Sequence record: OZ346151.1
Direction: 5' to 3' (one strand)
Source of the DNA: a phage
Length of the DNA: 64,000 nt
The notes under the pieces are model-generated. The model searched no databases and had not been told where the DNA came from. It worked only from the letters and a program-made list of their open reading frames with translations. This document shows, one piece after another, positions 55,895-64,000 of this stretch (positions are counted from its first letter, which is position 1; each line of letters opens with the position of its first letter). The position numbers and the translations under genes are program-made.

Positions 55895-56194
55895 CTATAC
55901 CCATGAGGGCTTATCAAGGTTGGAGTAGCTGAAAGGTGTCAAAAGGTGACTGTCAAAATCTCTCAAACTATCTAAATCTTTTTCCTCGTCCTGACACCAT
56001 CTGTGCCTACATTTATTGTTGTAGTGCATAGAATGCATAGCGTTCTGCAACTTAACAGGTACAAGTGATTCAGGAGTAGATAGTATTGTTGGGTATGCCA
56101 GAATCACCTCAAACAGTGGAAACACATCGAAACTAAAGTCTACCTCTGCAGAGGTTGATGGCATATAGGAGTATTTAGCCGCCTTTGTAGACAT
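55895..56194 (-). CDS. hypothetical protein (about 99 aa)
   Basis: ATG after GAGGTGG. Confidence 0.4.
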   Translation of the reverse strand: MSTKAAKYSYMPSTSAEVDFSFDVFPLFEVILAYPTILSTPESLVPVKLQNAMHSMHYNNKCRHRWCQDEEKDLDSLRDFDSHLLTPFSYSNLDKPSWV

Positions 56195-56202
56195 AATCCA
56201 CC

Positions 56203-56529
56203 TCACACAGGTTTGATAATACCTTTACCGAATAATTCTTCGTATCTAATCTTATCCGGATCCCACTCTTGGATAATTTCGAAGACAATATCCAACCCAG
56301 GGATAATCACTTCTCCAGTGTCAAGTTTGGCAAGAACAAAACCAGAAGGCTGAATGGTTTCCCAGTTGCGCCGATTGGAATAGAAGACCTCGAAAATATC
56401 GCCGACCTTTATCTGTTGATCAAGATGTTCAAGATTCTCTTTCATATAGACGCAGCGGATTTTTCGTGCAGGCCATAGACCACCTGCATCACGTTCATTT
56501 AGCTCTTTTACAGTAATCGGTATACCCAT
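56203..56529 (-). CDS. hypothetical protein (108 aa)
   Basis: ATG start; followed downstream by terminator hairpin. Confidence 0.45.
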   Translation of the reverse strand: MGIPITVKELNERDAGGLWPARKIRCVYMKENLEHLDQQIKVGDIFEVFYSNRRNWETIQPSGFVLAKLDTGEVIIPGLDIVFEIIQEWDPDKIRYEELFGKGIIKPV

Positions 56530-56552
56530 CTCAAATCTCCTTCATAGATAGT

Positions 56553-56582
56553 AAAAAGAGGGGCCCAAGCCCCCCTCTTTGT
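56553..56582 (-). terminator. rho-independent terminator within the leftward array
   Basis: GAGGGG...CCCCTC hairpin flanked by A-tract and T-tract, just downstream of the 56585 gene stop. Confidence 0.5.
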
Positions 56583-56584
56583 CA

Positions 56585-56890
56585 TCATTCTACAGAGCGT
56601 TTGAACAGAATGTCTGCCTCAGACATGTGCTCAACCTCTTCTTCGATTTTAGCGCGACGTTTTTCAGCCTCATAGCGAATATCGAACTCGGTAGCCACCA
56701 GAGATTTGATGAATTTAGGAGAATACAGGTGATCCTGCTTCTCAACGAGAATGATATCCTTAATGGCATCTTTCAGATCTTTAATCTGAAGTTGGAGTTC
56801 TACCAGTTCTTCGATTGTTTTGCGAAGGCGATCACGCTCTGCAGTGTCAGAAGGAAGAGAGGTGAACAGTTCAACTTTAGATTTAGCCAT
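56585..56890 (-). CDS. coiled-coil hypothetical protein (101 aa)
   Basis: ATG start; charged heptad-rich sequence. Confidence 0.45.
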   Translation of the reverse strand: MAKSKVELFTSLPSDTAERDRLRKTIEELVELQLQIKDLKDAIKDIILVEKQDHLYSPKFIKSLVATEFDIRYEAEKRRAKIEEEVEHMSEADILFKRSVE

Positions 56891-56918
56891 AGTAAGAGTC
56901 TCCTTATGTTGTTTTAAA

Positions 56919-57170
56919 TTAACGTTCTACAAAAATACCGTTCAGTTCAATAACCAGGAATTTCTGGTCTTCACTATCGTCTCGTGCCAGCACCTCACAG
57001 ACGTATCGGTCATCCCCATCATCATCGCAGTCAAATACAAGACTGAGGACTTTATCATGGTAAACCTTCGCCACTACCGCCTCGTAAGTATTGCCGATTG
57101 TGAATCCAAGATAATCTCCGATGCATTTGACAACAACATGGTCTCCAGCATTTAAGTCAATCTTCGTCAT
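56919..57170 (-). CDS. hypothetical protein (about 83 aa from ATG)
   Basis: ATG (MTKIDLNAGDHVV) coupled to an upstream small ORF. Confidence 0.4.
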   Translation of the reverse strand: MTKIDLNAGDHVVVKCIGDYLGFTIGNTYEAVVAKVYHDKVLSLVFDCDDDGDDRYVCEVLARDDSEDQKFLVIELNGIFVER

Positions 57171-57325
57171 TACTGCGCTCCTTGGGTAATAATACTGTAT
57201 GTAAAACTTTAACCAGAGATGTGAATAACGCCCCAAAACACACCGATAGCGCTAAAACAGACAAGGCCATCATTAAAGCTTCAGTAAAATCAGTCATTCC
57301 TCACCTCTTGTTAGCCACTATACTA

Positions 57326-57589
57326 TCATTTATCCTTTTCGTCAAGAACTTTTTTAAATCTTTCAGGGATATCTCCCGTTCTTAGATAGTTCATGACCTC
57401 GCAAGGTTCCCACTTGAATTTCTTACAGAGCAGGGCGGCTGAGATTGTTTCATTGCGAAAAGAAAGGATATTAATATCCCACTCTGAGAACCCCAACTTC
57501 CGAAGGGTAGCTACAGAAATCCTCACCGCAACCCAGCAGCAAAAACATGCAACAAACGCCACTGCTACAACCCACATCAGGATGTTCAT
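57326..57589 (-). CDS. small membrane protein (87 aa)
   Basis: N-terminal hydrophobic helix ILMWVVAVAFVACFCCWVAV. Confidence 0.45.
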   Translation of the reverse strand: MNILMWVVAVAFVACFCCWVAVRISVATLRKLGFSEWDINILSFRNETISAALLCKKFKWEPCEVMNYLRTGDIPERFKKVLDEKDK

Positions 57590-57678
57590 ATAAGCACCTT
57601 ACTGAAATACAAGACACAGTGTTAAGGTTACTGACCAGCAAATAATTAGCAGGACCATTGCAACCTTGGCAAGATTTA

Positions 57679-57966
57679 TCATAGTGCCTCTAAGATTTCA
57701 TATCCTTCAGGTCGAAATACAAGCCACTCCGTGGCTCCGTTTGGTCGATACGCTTTATACAGAACAACCTGATCTCGGCACATGCACATGGCTACATAGT
57801 TTTCATCCACACCTGCAGCCTGCATTGCATCTTCTTCTCCGGCAACTGCTTTGCTTACAACTTCCTTGGTAGGTAGGTGTGCGATCAGCTCGTCACCATC
57901 ATTAATTCCAAAATGACTGAGTTCTCCATTGGTATCTTTAATCTTAATCTTAACCAGATCTTTCAT
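57679..57966 (-). CDS. small protein of the MK-start / acidic-C-terminus family (95 aa)
   Basis: N-terminus MKDLVKIKIK, C-terminus YEILEAL; overlapping stop/start with neighbour. Confidence 0.45.
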   Translation of the reverse strand: MKDLVKIKIKDTNGELSHFGINDGDELIAHLPTKEVVSKAVAGEEDAMQAAGVDENYVAMCMCRDQVVLYKAYRPNGATEWLVFRPEGYEILEAL

Positions 57967-58295
57967 TAGTCTTTCTCCAGGTTCAAAGGTCCTAAGATTT
58001 CATATGCCAGATTAGAAGTTACCAGAGGGTCTTCTGCATCTTTAGTATTGTACCACCCGTGAATAACCAGAGTCCCACTTTGTTTCATATCCAACTGGAA
58101 CTGTTCTGCAGTTTCCTCATCCAGCTCCAAGATTTCCATAAGGTATTTGATGTTAGGAAGGTATGCAGCTGTTACAGTTCCCTCCACCAAACCTTCGGGC
58201 CAACCTACATCCGGATGACAAGTAGGAACCAGGTTGGTCAACTTAATGGTGTACGCTTTTTCTGCACGAGCCTTCAGTAACGGGTCAATCTTCAT
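57966..58295 (-). CDS. hypothetical protein (109 aa)
   Basis: Overlapping stop/start on both sides. Confidence 0.45.
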   Translation of the reverse strand: MKIDPLLKARAEKAYTIKLTNLVPTCHPDVGWPEGLVEGTVTAAYLPNIKYLMEILELDEETAEQFQLDMKQSGTLVIHGWYNTKDAEDPLVTSNLAYEILGPLNLEKD

Positions 58296-58645
58296 TATTC
58301 GTCCTCCTCTTCGGTGCCTGCTTCCAGTAATAAGTTAAGAATATCTTCTGCACAAGGCTCATAGAACTCTTGGCCTTCATTATCGATGATTTTGTAGTCA
58401 TCTCCACGAATAATCAGGGGATCACTCTCAAAATTATCGAGACCTTTAACAACGACAACACGATCGATTGCCATCATTGTAAGAACTTTATCGACATCTT
58501 CCTCTGCTACACCATACTGCAGCAGAATGTCTTTGGTAGGAGGAACAGCATCCACCACAACGCCGTTACCAAAACCTTCTGGAAGTTTAGCTAAAATATC
58601 TTCCGGAACCACATTCACATCAAAACCGGTAATTTCTACTTTCAT
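58295..58645 (-). CDS. small acidic protein (116 aa)
   Basis: N-terminus MKVEITGFDV; acidic C-terminus. Confidence 0.45.
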   Translation of the reverse strand: MKVEITGFDVNVVPEDILAKLPEGFGNGVVVDAVPPTKDILLQYGVAEEDVDKVLTMMAIDRVVVVKGLDNFESDPLIIRGDDYKIIDNEGQEFYEPCAEDILNLLLEAGTEEEDE

Positions 58646-58906
58646 TTACAGCACCTCTTCGTCAACTACTTCATAAAAATGGCCTGGGATTGCAATAGCG
58701 TTCTCACCTTCACCTGCAAACACAGTTCCGTCAAGAATCAACATCATAAGAATTTCTGTAATATCCTCTTCCGGAACGTTGCCAAAACCTTTAATCAGCT
58801 CGTAGGTTGGAATATTTACATCTAAGATGTCACCATCTTTAGAACGGAAATCAACACCGTCCTGAATCTCTGCCGTTTCAAGGTTTTTCAATTTAATCTT
58901 CATCAA
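58646..58906 (-). CDS. small acidic protein (86 aa)
   Basis: N-terminus MMKIKLKNLE, C-terminus YEVVDEEVL. Confidence 0.45.
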   Translation of the reverse strand: MMKIKLKNLETAEIQDGVDFRSKDGDILDVNIPTYELIKGFGNVPEEDITEILMMLILDGTVFAGEGENAIAIPGHFYEVVDEEVL

Positions 58907-58982
58907 TCGGTCTCCTGTCTTGTTAAGATGAAGGTATTATTTCACACAGGGTTGGCGTTGTCAACACCTGTGTGCAAGAAAA

Positions 58983-59378
58983 TTACTGAAACAGTGCGGA
59001 TAAATTACCTTCTGGTGGGAACTTATCTGCCAAAAACGGTGTTAGCACAGTAGCCTTCTGAAGATCTGGGGTCCACTCGTTGTTCAGAACATCCCAGTAG
59101 TACGCAATGTTGCTGTGTGGGTGCCGCATTACGAACTTTTTCCCTTCGTAGTCGTCTGAAACCTCTACAGAAGAAATAACAACAGAATCTTCAAGGGTTT
59201 CTTCATAGAAAGATCCCCCTTCAAATTTCCAACGAGATGCAAGAGCCCCTGCCTTGAACGCTGCAGATAACGGACTGTCGGCAAGAACATACATTTCTTG
59301 CACTCTGTCGCTGCGATCTTTGCTTCTTACGTTGTATACAGTATCTGAGCTATACTCAACACGGTATAGGCTTACCAT
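58983..59378 (-). CDS. hypothetical protein, paralogue of 61190..61588 (131 aa)
   Basis: Shares H-P-x-S ... YW ... W-T-P segment with 61190..61588. Confidence 0.5.
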   Translation of the reverse strand: MVSLYRVEYSSDTVYNVRSKDRSDRVQEMYVLADSPLSAAFKAGALASRWKFEGGSFYEETLEDSVVISSVEVSDDYEGKKFVMRHPHSNIAYYWDVLNNEWTPDLQKATVLTPFLADKFPPEGNLSALFQ

Positions 59379-59710
59379 TACCGCACCTCCTCAATAACTT
59401 CCACATCTGAACCTACCACAAATGCAAAAGGACAGGTTTCATGAAAGACATCTGGATCGCCGCCAAGCTTGCTAACAATCTCTCCACCACTAATAAACAC
59501 AAGCTCACCGATATTCATCAGATTGCTGAAATAGTACCCATAATGATTAAAGAATGCAGCAGGGTCAGGTAGACTGGTAGCCTCAAGCACTACATCGGTT
59601 GAGGTTACTTTCTTATCATAACCTCTCGCCTTTTGAGATGCAAGATCTGCAGAATCCTCAGGAGACCGGAGATGCACAGGAATTGTTTCACCAATAAAGC
59701 GTACTTTCAT
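59378..59710 (-). CDS. hypothetical protein (about 110 aa from second ATG)
   Basis: Preferred start gives MKVRFIGE, matching the family N-terminal pattern. Confidence 0.4.
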   Translation of the reverse strand: MKVRFIGETIPVHLRSPEDSADLASQKARGYDKKVTSTDVVLEATSLPDPAAFFNHYGYYFSNLMNIGELVFISGGEIVSKLGGDPDVFHETCPFAFVVGSDVEVIEEVR

Positions 59711-59714
59711 ATTA

Positions 59715-59978
59715 TCACCCAACAACCATAGCTTCAAAAGGAGTCATGAACGAATAAACGGCATCATCATCTGCTTCAGGGAATGCTCCCAAAGACTTCA
59801 TATCTGAACCCTTGACAAATACAAGGTTTTGATCAAAGGCTTCTTGGGGGTCAATCCGATACATATTTCGTAGAATATCGCTTACCTCCTCATCAAGAGG
59901 TGAGTATGCTGTGCACGTTTTTCCGATCAAGCTTTGAGAATCAGGGTATCCACCTGAAGTTTTAAAATAAACAATCAT
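59715..59978 (-). CDS. hypothetical protein (87 aa)
   Basis: ATG start in compact array. Confidence 0.4.
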   Translation of the reverse strand: MIVYFKTSGGYPDSQSLIGKTCTAYSPLDEEVSDILRNMYRIDPQEAFDQNLVFVKGSDMKSLGAFPEADDDAVYSFMTPFEAMVVG

Positions 59979-60069
59979 ATAGTATCACCTCTGGTAAGAG
60001 ATTGGGATTCCTTTCCCACAAATAATTACAAATCTTCCTTATCGAGGAAGTATGCTAATCCAAGCAGGA

Positions 60070-60339
60070 TTATTCCTCTACAATCTCATACACATCAGGA
60101 GTTACAATCAACTCTTCTCCGTTACCCGGTGCAACAAACACCACCAAACCTTCAGGTGTGTGCTTTTTAGCCATCTCGATAACATCTTCTCGCAGAGCTG
60201 GCTCCATCAGATCAAAACCTTCACCCAGGGCATCACGAACCACCTTCATATAGTCAACTGGTTGTGCTTCAACAATCATGCCTTCAACCAGTCCACAGTT
60301 TTTGTCTGCCAGCTCAGTTTTGAATAATTTAATTTTCAT
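60070..60339 (-). CDS. small acidic protein (89 aa)
   Basis: N-terminus MKIKLFKTE, C-terminus YEIVEE. Confidence 0.45.
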   Translation of the reverse strand: MKIKLFKTELADKNCGLVEGMIVEAQPVDYMKVVRDALGEGFDLMEPALREDVIEMAKKHTPEGLVVFVAPGNGEELIVTPDVYEIVEE

Positions 60340-60476
60340 TTAGAGGTCTCCTCAATTATTTGATATTAATAGCCGTAACCTAACACATTAACTACAACTG
60401 CGATTGCAAACATAATTTCAAAGCATGCAATCTCTACATTTGGGACTAATTTCTTAATCACACCCATTGTAGCACC

Positions 60477-60797
60477 TCATTCTCCAAAGTCAATCTTTAC
60501 TTTGCCTTTCCCCTTACCTTTCTTTCCACCGCATTTAGCCAGCTGACGTGCTGCAACATCTACCATACGGTCAGTTGCCTCGTAAGCATCACTGCCTTTA
60601 GCCTTGGCAATAACTTCTTTTCCAGAATTGTCAAAAATGAACGCCATAACTTCCTGGTGATCATTTTCAACTTTTACACTTACACGTGCATAGTTAACAG
60701 AGGGATGTAAACGCTCCAGCTTGGACATTTTGCGGGAAATAAAAGATACCATACCTTCTGTGATTTCTACATTGTTGCCAGTGATTTCAATTTGCAT
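60477..60797 (-). CDS. hpf: ribosome hibernation promoting factor / RaiA (YfiA) family homologue
   Basis: N-terminus MQIEITGNNVEITEGM closely matches bacterial HPF MQLNITGNNVEITEAL; length 106 aa with KLERL, V-x-V-K-V-E and ARQLAK segments at corresponding positions; Lys/Gly-rich C-terminal tail. Confidence 0.7.
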   Translation of the reverse strand: MQIEITGNNVEITEGMVSFISRKMSKLERLHPSVNYARVSVKVENDHQEVMAFIFDNSGKEVIAKAKGSDAYEATDRMVDVAARQLAKCGGKKGKGKGKVKIDFGE

Positions 60798-60881
60798 AAC
60801 GTGTTCCTTTTAAGGAAGAGGGAATAACTATCTCTCTTTGAAAACAATGATACTAAATCTGAAGCGTTGTGTCAACAGTTT

Positions 60882-61172
60882 TTACAGCTTGTTGTCGATA
60901 GTTTTTAAAATATCCACAGCAAGATCTGCCATTTTTCGAACATACTCTGCAAACTCAACAGGATCCTTGATCAAAGAATTCACAGGGTCGTACCCTAGAG
61001 CGTTTAAAATGGCTGCAGCATCTACAACCTTCTCATCATTTGCGAAGATCTCTCCGTCAAACTTGTAGGTCCATTTTGAGTCAACCTTAGCAGAGCAGGG
61101 TTTGTCCATGCTTGTTACACCATCGTCTTTAAACTCTCCTGCGTTATCAATATTTAGAATTAAATCCATCAT
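60882..61172 (-). CDS. hypothetical protein (96 aa)
   Basis: ATG start in compact array. Confidence 0.45.
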   Translation of the reverse strand: MMDLILNIDNAGEFKDDGVTSMDKPCSAKVDSKWTYKFDGEIFANDEKVVDAAAILNALGYDPVNSLIKDPVEFAEYVRKMADLAVDILKTIDNKL

Positions 61173-61189
61173 GGTGACACCTCACTGTT

Positions 61190-61588
61190 TCAGTTTAGCT
61201 TTTCTTCAACAACCCCATAACTTGGGGCAGAGTCAAGAGCTTTCTGGTTTAAAAGTGGCGTAGCAGAATCTGCAAACGGTGTCCAAGTTTTTGTTCTGGA
61301 ATTCCAGTAATGCTTCACTCTGGAATCTGGATGCACTATAACAAAAACTTTTTCACTTGTCAACACATTAATTTCTTCTACACCCTTGCTGATAATTTCT
61401 CCGTCATAGCCCCCAGTCTGGTATCCTTCGTACCAGGTTCTTGCATAGGCATAGCCAGCCTGCCAGCATGCAGCCTCCTCCGAGGTGGAGACTACGTAGA
61501 AGTCTTTCTCAAATTCCGGAATACGCCCTTGCTTTACGCTCCAAGCTCCGCGAATTTTCATTGTTACTTTGAAAAGCTTGTTCTTCAT
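61190..61588 (-). CDS. hypothetical protein, paralogue of 58983..59378 (132 aa)
   Basis: VHPDSRVKHYWNSRTKTWTP parallels RHPHSNIAYYWDVLNNEWTP. Confidence 0.5.
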   Translation of the reverse strand: MKNKLFKVTMKIRGAWSVKQGRIPEFEKDFYVVSTSEEAACWQAGYAYARTWYEGYQTGGYDGEIISKGVEEINVLTSEKVFVIVHPDSRVKHYWNSRTKTWTPFADSATPLLNQKALDSAPSYGVVEEKLN

Positions 61589-61589
61589 A

Positions 61590-61844
61590 CTACCGCTCTA
61601 CAATCTCTACGTCTGTTCCTACACCGAAGGCATAGTAATGTTCTTCCCCAAAGTAATACTTGGGGACACCCGCTTTGATCAGATCTAACCCGCGAATAAA
61701 TACCACACCGTGTGATACAGTGGAATGCTTCTGACGCACAGGATCGTTGTCAGGCAACCATTCAAAGTACACCGCAGGTACAACCTTTCCCTTCAGGAAG
61801 GATTGTCCCAAGTAGACGTTAGAATCAAGAATTTTAACCTTCAT
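61590..61844 (-). CDS. small protein, paralogue of 61834..62061 (84 aa)
   Basis: MKVKILDSNVYLGQ ... TDVEIVER versus MKVKVLDSSFYIGQ ... EDAEIVED. Confidence 0.5.
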   Translation of the reverse strand: MKVKILDSNVYLGQSFLKGKVVPAVYFEWLPDNDPVRQKHSTVSHGVVFIRGLDLIKAGVPKYYFGEEHYYAFGVGTDVEIVER

Positions 61845-62061
61845 TCTCGTCCTCCACTATCTCTGCATCCTCACCAAGGGCAAAGTTGTAGGTCCACTGG
61901 CTGTCAAAGCAGTCCTGAGATGCACCAGCGGCAATAAGATCTGCACCTTTTATTTTTAAAAGGTCAGGATAATCTTCGTTAGGGATAGCGGTAAACACTT
62001 TCCCCACTAAGGGCTCCTGACCAATATAGAAGCTTGAATCTAAAACTTTAACTTTCATCAA
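61834..62061 (-). CDS. small protein, paralogue of 61590..61844 (75 aa)
   Basis: See paralogue; overlapping stop/start. Confidence 0.5.
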   Translation of the reverse strand: MMKVKVLDSSFYIGQEPLVGKVFTAIPNEDYPDLLKIKGADLIAAGASQDCFDSQWTYNFALGEDAEIVEDENEG

Positions 62062-62345
62062 CGGTCTCCCTCAGGCGGTTGTGGGACGTAAACACTGTTA
62101 CGAATATCGTCAGCAGTGTAGTAATAAGTGGTTCCAACCCTATCTCGGGCTGCAATGTACTCTGCTATACCAACAAGTGCCATTGATTTGGTGGCGTATC
62201 TTCCCCACTCGTTAGCTCCCCAGTAGAATTTAGACCAGTAGGGAATAAGACCGAACAAATATACCTTTTGACGAACTTCCCAGTAAGTGCCTTTTCCGAC
62301 AAGTTTAAACTCTACTTCACTACTGTTAATCTTTTTCATTATCAA
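62058..62345 (-). CDS. hypothetical protein (95 aa)
   Basis: Overlapping stop/start with neighbours. Confidence 0.45.
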   Translation of the reverse strand: MIMKKINSSEVEFKLVGKGTYWEVRQKVYLFGLIPYWSKFYWGANEWGRYATKSMALVGIAEYIAARDRVGTTYYYTADDIRNSVYVPQPPEGDR

Positions 62346-62638
62346 TCTCCCTCTACCGTGGTCGGATTGTCAGTAAGAAATTGAGCATTGGCTGGAGGCA
62401 CGCCTGACATTTTCCACACAACCATAAGTTTATAACCAGGCACTCTATTAAGTGCAGATCGAGTAGAGTTTGTGCACGTATACTTTCGCTTTCCAAACCC
62501 GTTCTCCATCATAATCCAGTACCCAGTATCTTTGTCACCAGGTATCGGTAGACCACCTTCATCAACCCACTGAATTGACCACGGCACGATGGCTACAGCT
62601 TTATATTTAAACTTTTTAAACCACTCAAAAAGTTTCAT
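62342..62638 (-). CDS. hypothetical protein (98 aa)
   Basis: ATG start coupled to an upstream small TM ORF. Confidence 0.45.
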   Translation of the reverse strand: MKLFEWFKKFKYKAVAIVPWSIQWVDEGGLPIPGDKDTGYWIMMENGFGKRKYTCTNSTRSALNRVPGYKLMVVWKMSGVPPANAQFLTDNPTTVEGD

Positions 62639-62938
62639 AATTCAGCCCCGCATAGACATAATCACTATAAATAGGCAAACAATGAATCCGAATGCCACGC
62701 CACCCATAAACGTTAATATTGATGCAATCATAGTCAATCAGCCTCGCCTGGCAACTCTTCTACCTTAACATGCCGAAAAGTGTTACCGTAATGGTTGATC
62801 CATGACATCAGCTCACTTTCTTGCTCTTCCTCTGGGATGAACTCTCGAATACTGACAAGTTTTAAGAAAACCTAATCACAATCTGCACCCATTCTACCAG
62901 ACAGACAATAGTGCTTCATAAAAACCCTCCCGCCCGGT

Positions 62939-63133
62939 TTAGAATATTGCTTCTTCCATTGCGCCTGAGAGCAACAAAGAGGTGATCTGGCTAACATTCA
63001 TCTCAGACTCTACTTCCTCCCCTTTGAAAGGTTCGCGGCAGAATAGGACTGTTTCAGGACTTTTACTTCGAACAATATAATACAAATCATTCAATGTGTT
63101 GTAGTAATAAGTGTTAAAACGTAAGTTTTTCAT
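62939..63133 (-). CDS. hypothetical protein (64 aa)
   Basis: Stop overlaps next start. Confidence 0.4.
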   Translation of the reverse strand: MKNLRFNTYYYNTLNDLYYIVRSKSPETVLFCREPFKGEEVESEMNVSQITSLLLSGAMEEAIF

Positions 63134-63417
63134 TTTCTAGTCCTCTTCTTAGATTTTTGGGGAGAAACGCTTTCTGCAATACGAGACAGACGTTCTTCTG
63201 AAGCCTTACCTACTCCAGGTTTTTTGAGTGGATTATCTTTATGACCACAATCCAACTGGATATTGGATACCTCTCCAACTTTGTAAGTCAATTCTAGCAA
63301 AAGGTTGTCGTCCTTGTCAAATGTTTTTACGATAAATTTTTTATCGTTCTCCTGAACTTCATATCTGGTACCTGCAGTATACAGCATGGTGCCATCAGCA
63401 TAGGATATCCAGATCAT
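63130..63417 (-). CDS. hypothetical protein with basic C-terminal tail (95 aa)
   Basis: Overlapping stop/start; Lys/Arg-rich C-terminus. Confidence 0.45.
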   Translation of the reverse strand: MIWISYADGTMLYTAGTRYEVQENDKKFIVKTFDKDDNLLLELTYKVGEVSNIQLDCGHKDNPLKKPGVGKASEERLSRIAESVSPQKSKKRTRK

Positions 63418-63761
63418 TGAGCCTCCTTTTGCTGCAACAGCATTAACTCTTTGTTAGAGATCTTTACTGCTGTTTTTATTGTTCCATCTTCACGAAACCA
63501 CGACCAGAACTCTACAGTGTCACCACTATCAAGTAAAGCATGCCCATGGTAAAAATCTTTGTCCTTAGACAGTTTCTCATCTATATCTGCATCAACACAT
63601 TCGTGATCCAGAGCATTTTGCCTGAACGCATCGGTTATGCCAATGCACGCCTTGCTCTCAAGACTGGTATATCCGATATCTTTTAATTCAGTTTCCCAAG
63701 TCCAGTACCCTATAAAAGCTAAAACAGCTACCCACAGTAATAACGTTTTAATCTTTGGCAT
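63414..63761 (-). CDS. membrane-anchored or secreted protein (115 aa)
   Basis: AGAGGTAGAGAGA then ATG; N-terminal hydrophobic helix KTLLLWVAVLAFIGYW; first gene of the leftward array. Confidence 0.5.
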   Translation of the reverse strand: MPKIKTLLLWVAVLAFIGYWTWETELKDIGYTSLESKACIGITDAFRQNALDHECVDADIDEKLSKDKDFYHGHALLDSGDTVEFWSWFREDGTIKTAVKISNKELMLLQQKEAQ

Positions 63762-64000
63762 TCTCTCTACCTCTTTCTTAGTTTATTTCACTATGGCACA
63801 TCCTTTGTGCCATATCTCAACTACTACTTAAATAGTAGTTCAAAATAGTGCAAAATTAACAGAAGTTGAACTACACCTAGTGCAACGGCGAGTATGTTAA
63901 TCTTAGAATCGAAAAACTTCTTAACTTTTACTCTAAAAGGTTCCTTAATGTCCTTTACGATCCTATCTATAGATGACCTCATATCTCTGATTACCATCCT

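Noticed and set aside
55520-57385. Several + strand ORFs (94-112 aa) inside the leftward small-gene array
   Set aside because: They overlap - strand genes that show operon-like coupling and RBS; treated as antisense artefacts.

Overview
This 64 kb window reads as a contiguous segment of a large virulent tailed-phage genome (or a very recently integrated prophage); no host housekeeping genes, rRNA, tRNA or CRISPR arrays were found. All calls come from reading the sequence and ORF translations by eye; no database search or folding was run, and manual coordinates of short motifs may be off by 1-2 nt. Layout: (1) 1-13.9 kb, + strand: tail/baseplate structural module with two paralogous tail-fibre cassettes, a third fibre carrying the conserved side-tail-fibre collar motif, and a 1878-aa giant protein with a Big_2 Ig-like domain, closed by a bidirectional terminator. 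(2) 14-21 kb, - strand: small genes including a HAD phosphatase, four tandem paralogous ~80-aa genes and a VWA protein with an HExxH metallopeptidase-like N-domain. (3) 21-45 kb, + strand: DNA-metabolism module with MoxR-like AAA+ ATPase, SleB-like cell-wall hydrolase, an HSP90-like GHKL mini-ATPase translationally coupled to a Pif1-like helicase, an N6/N4 DNA methyltransferase, a C5-methyltransferase-like protein, a toprim/DnaB-like primase-helicase, a family A DNA polymerase interrupted by a group I intron carrying an HNH homing endonuclease, an SSB-like protein ending in DDDIPF, and a macrodomain protein. (4) 45.1-46.3 kb: repeat-rich non-coding region. (5) 46.3-52.9 kb, + strand: about 17 small genes, most with their own sigma70-like promoter, three sharing a 46-bp palindromic element. 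(6) 53-54.9 kb: non-coding region with nested inverted repeats. (7) 55-63.8 kb, - strand: about 25 tightly packed small genes with several paralogue pairs and a ribosome hibernation factor (HPF/RaiA) homologue. The best candidates for an undescribed system are the GHKL ATPase-helicase pair, the divergently encoded MoxR/VWA-metallopeptidase pair, the phage-encoded HPF and macrodomain proteins, and a 29-bp perfect inverted repeat embedded in two unrelated ORFs.
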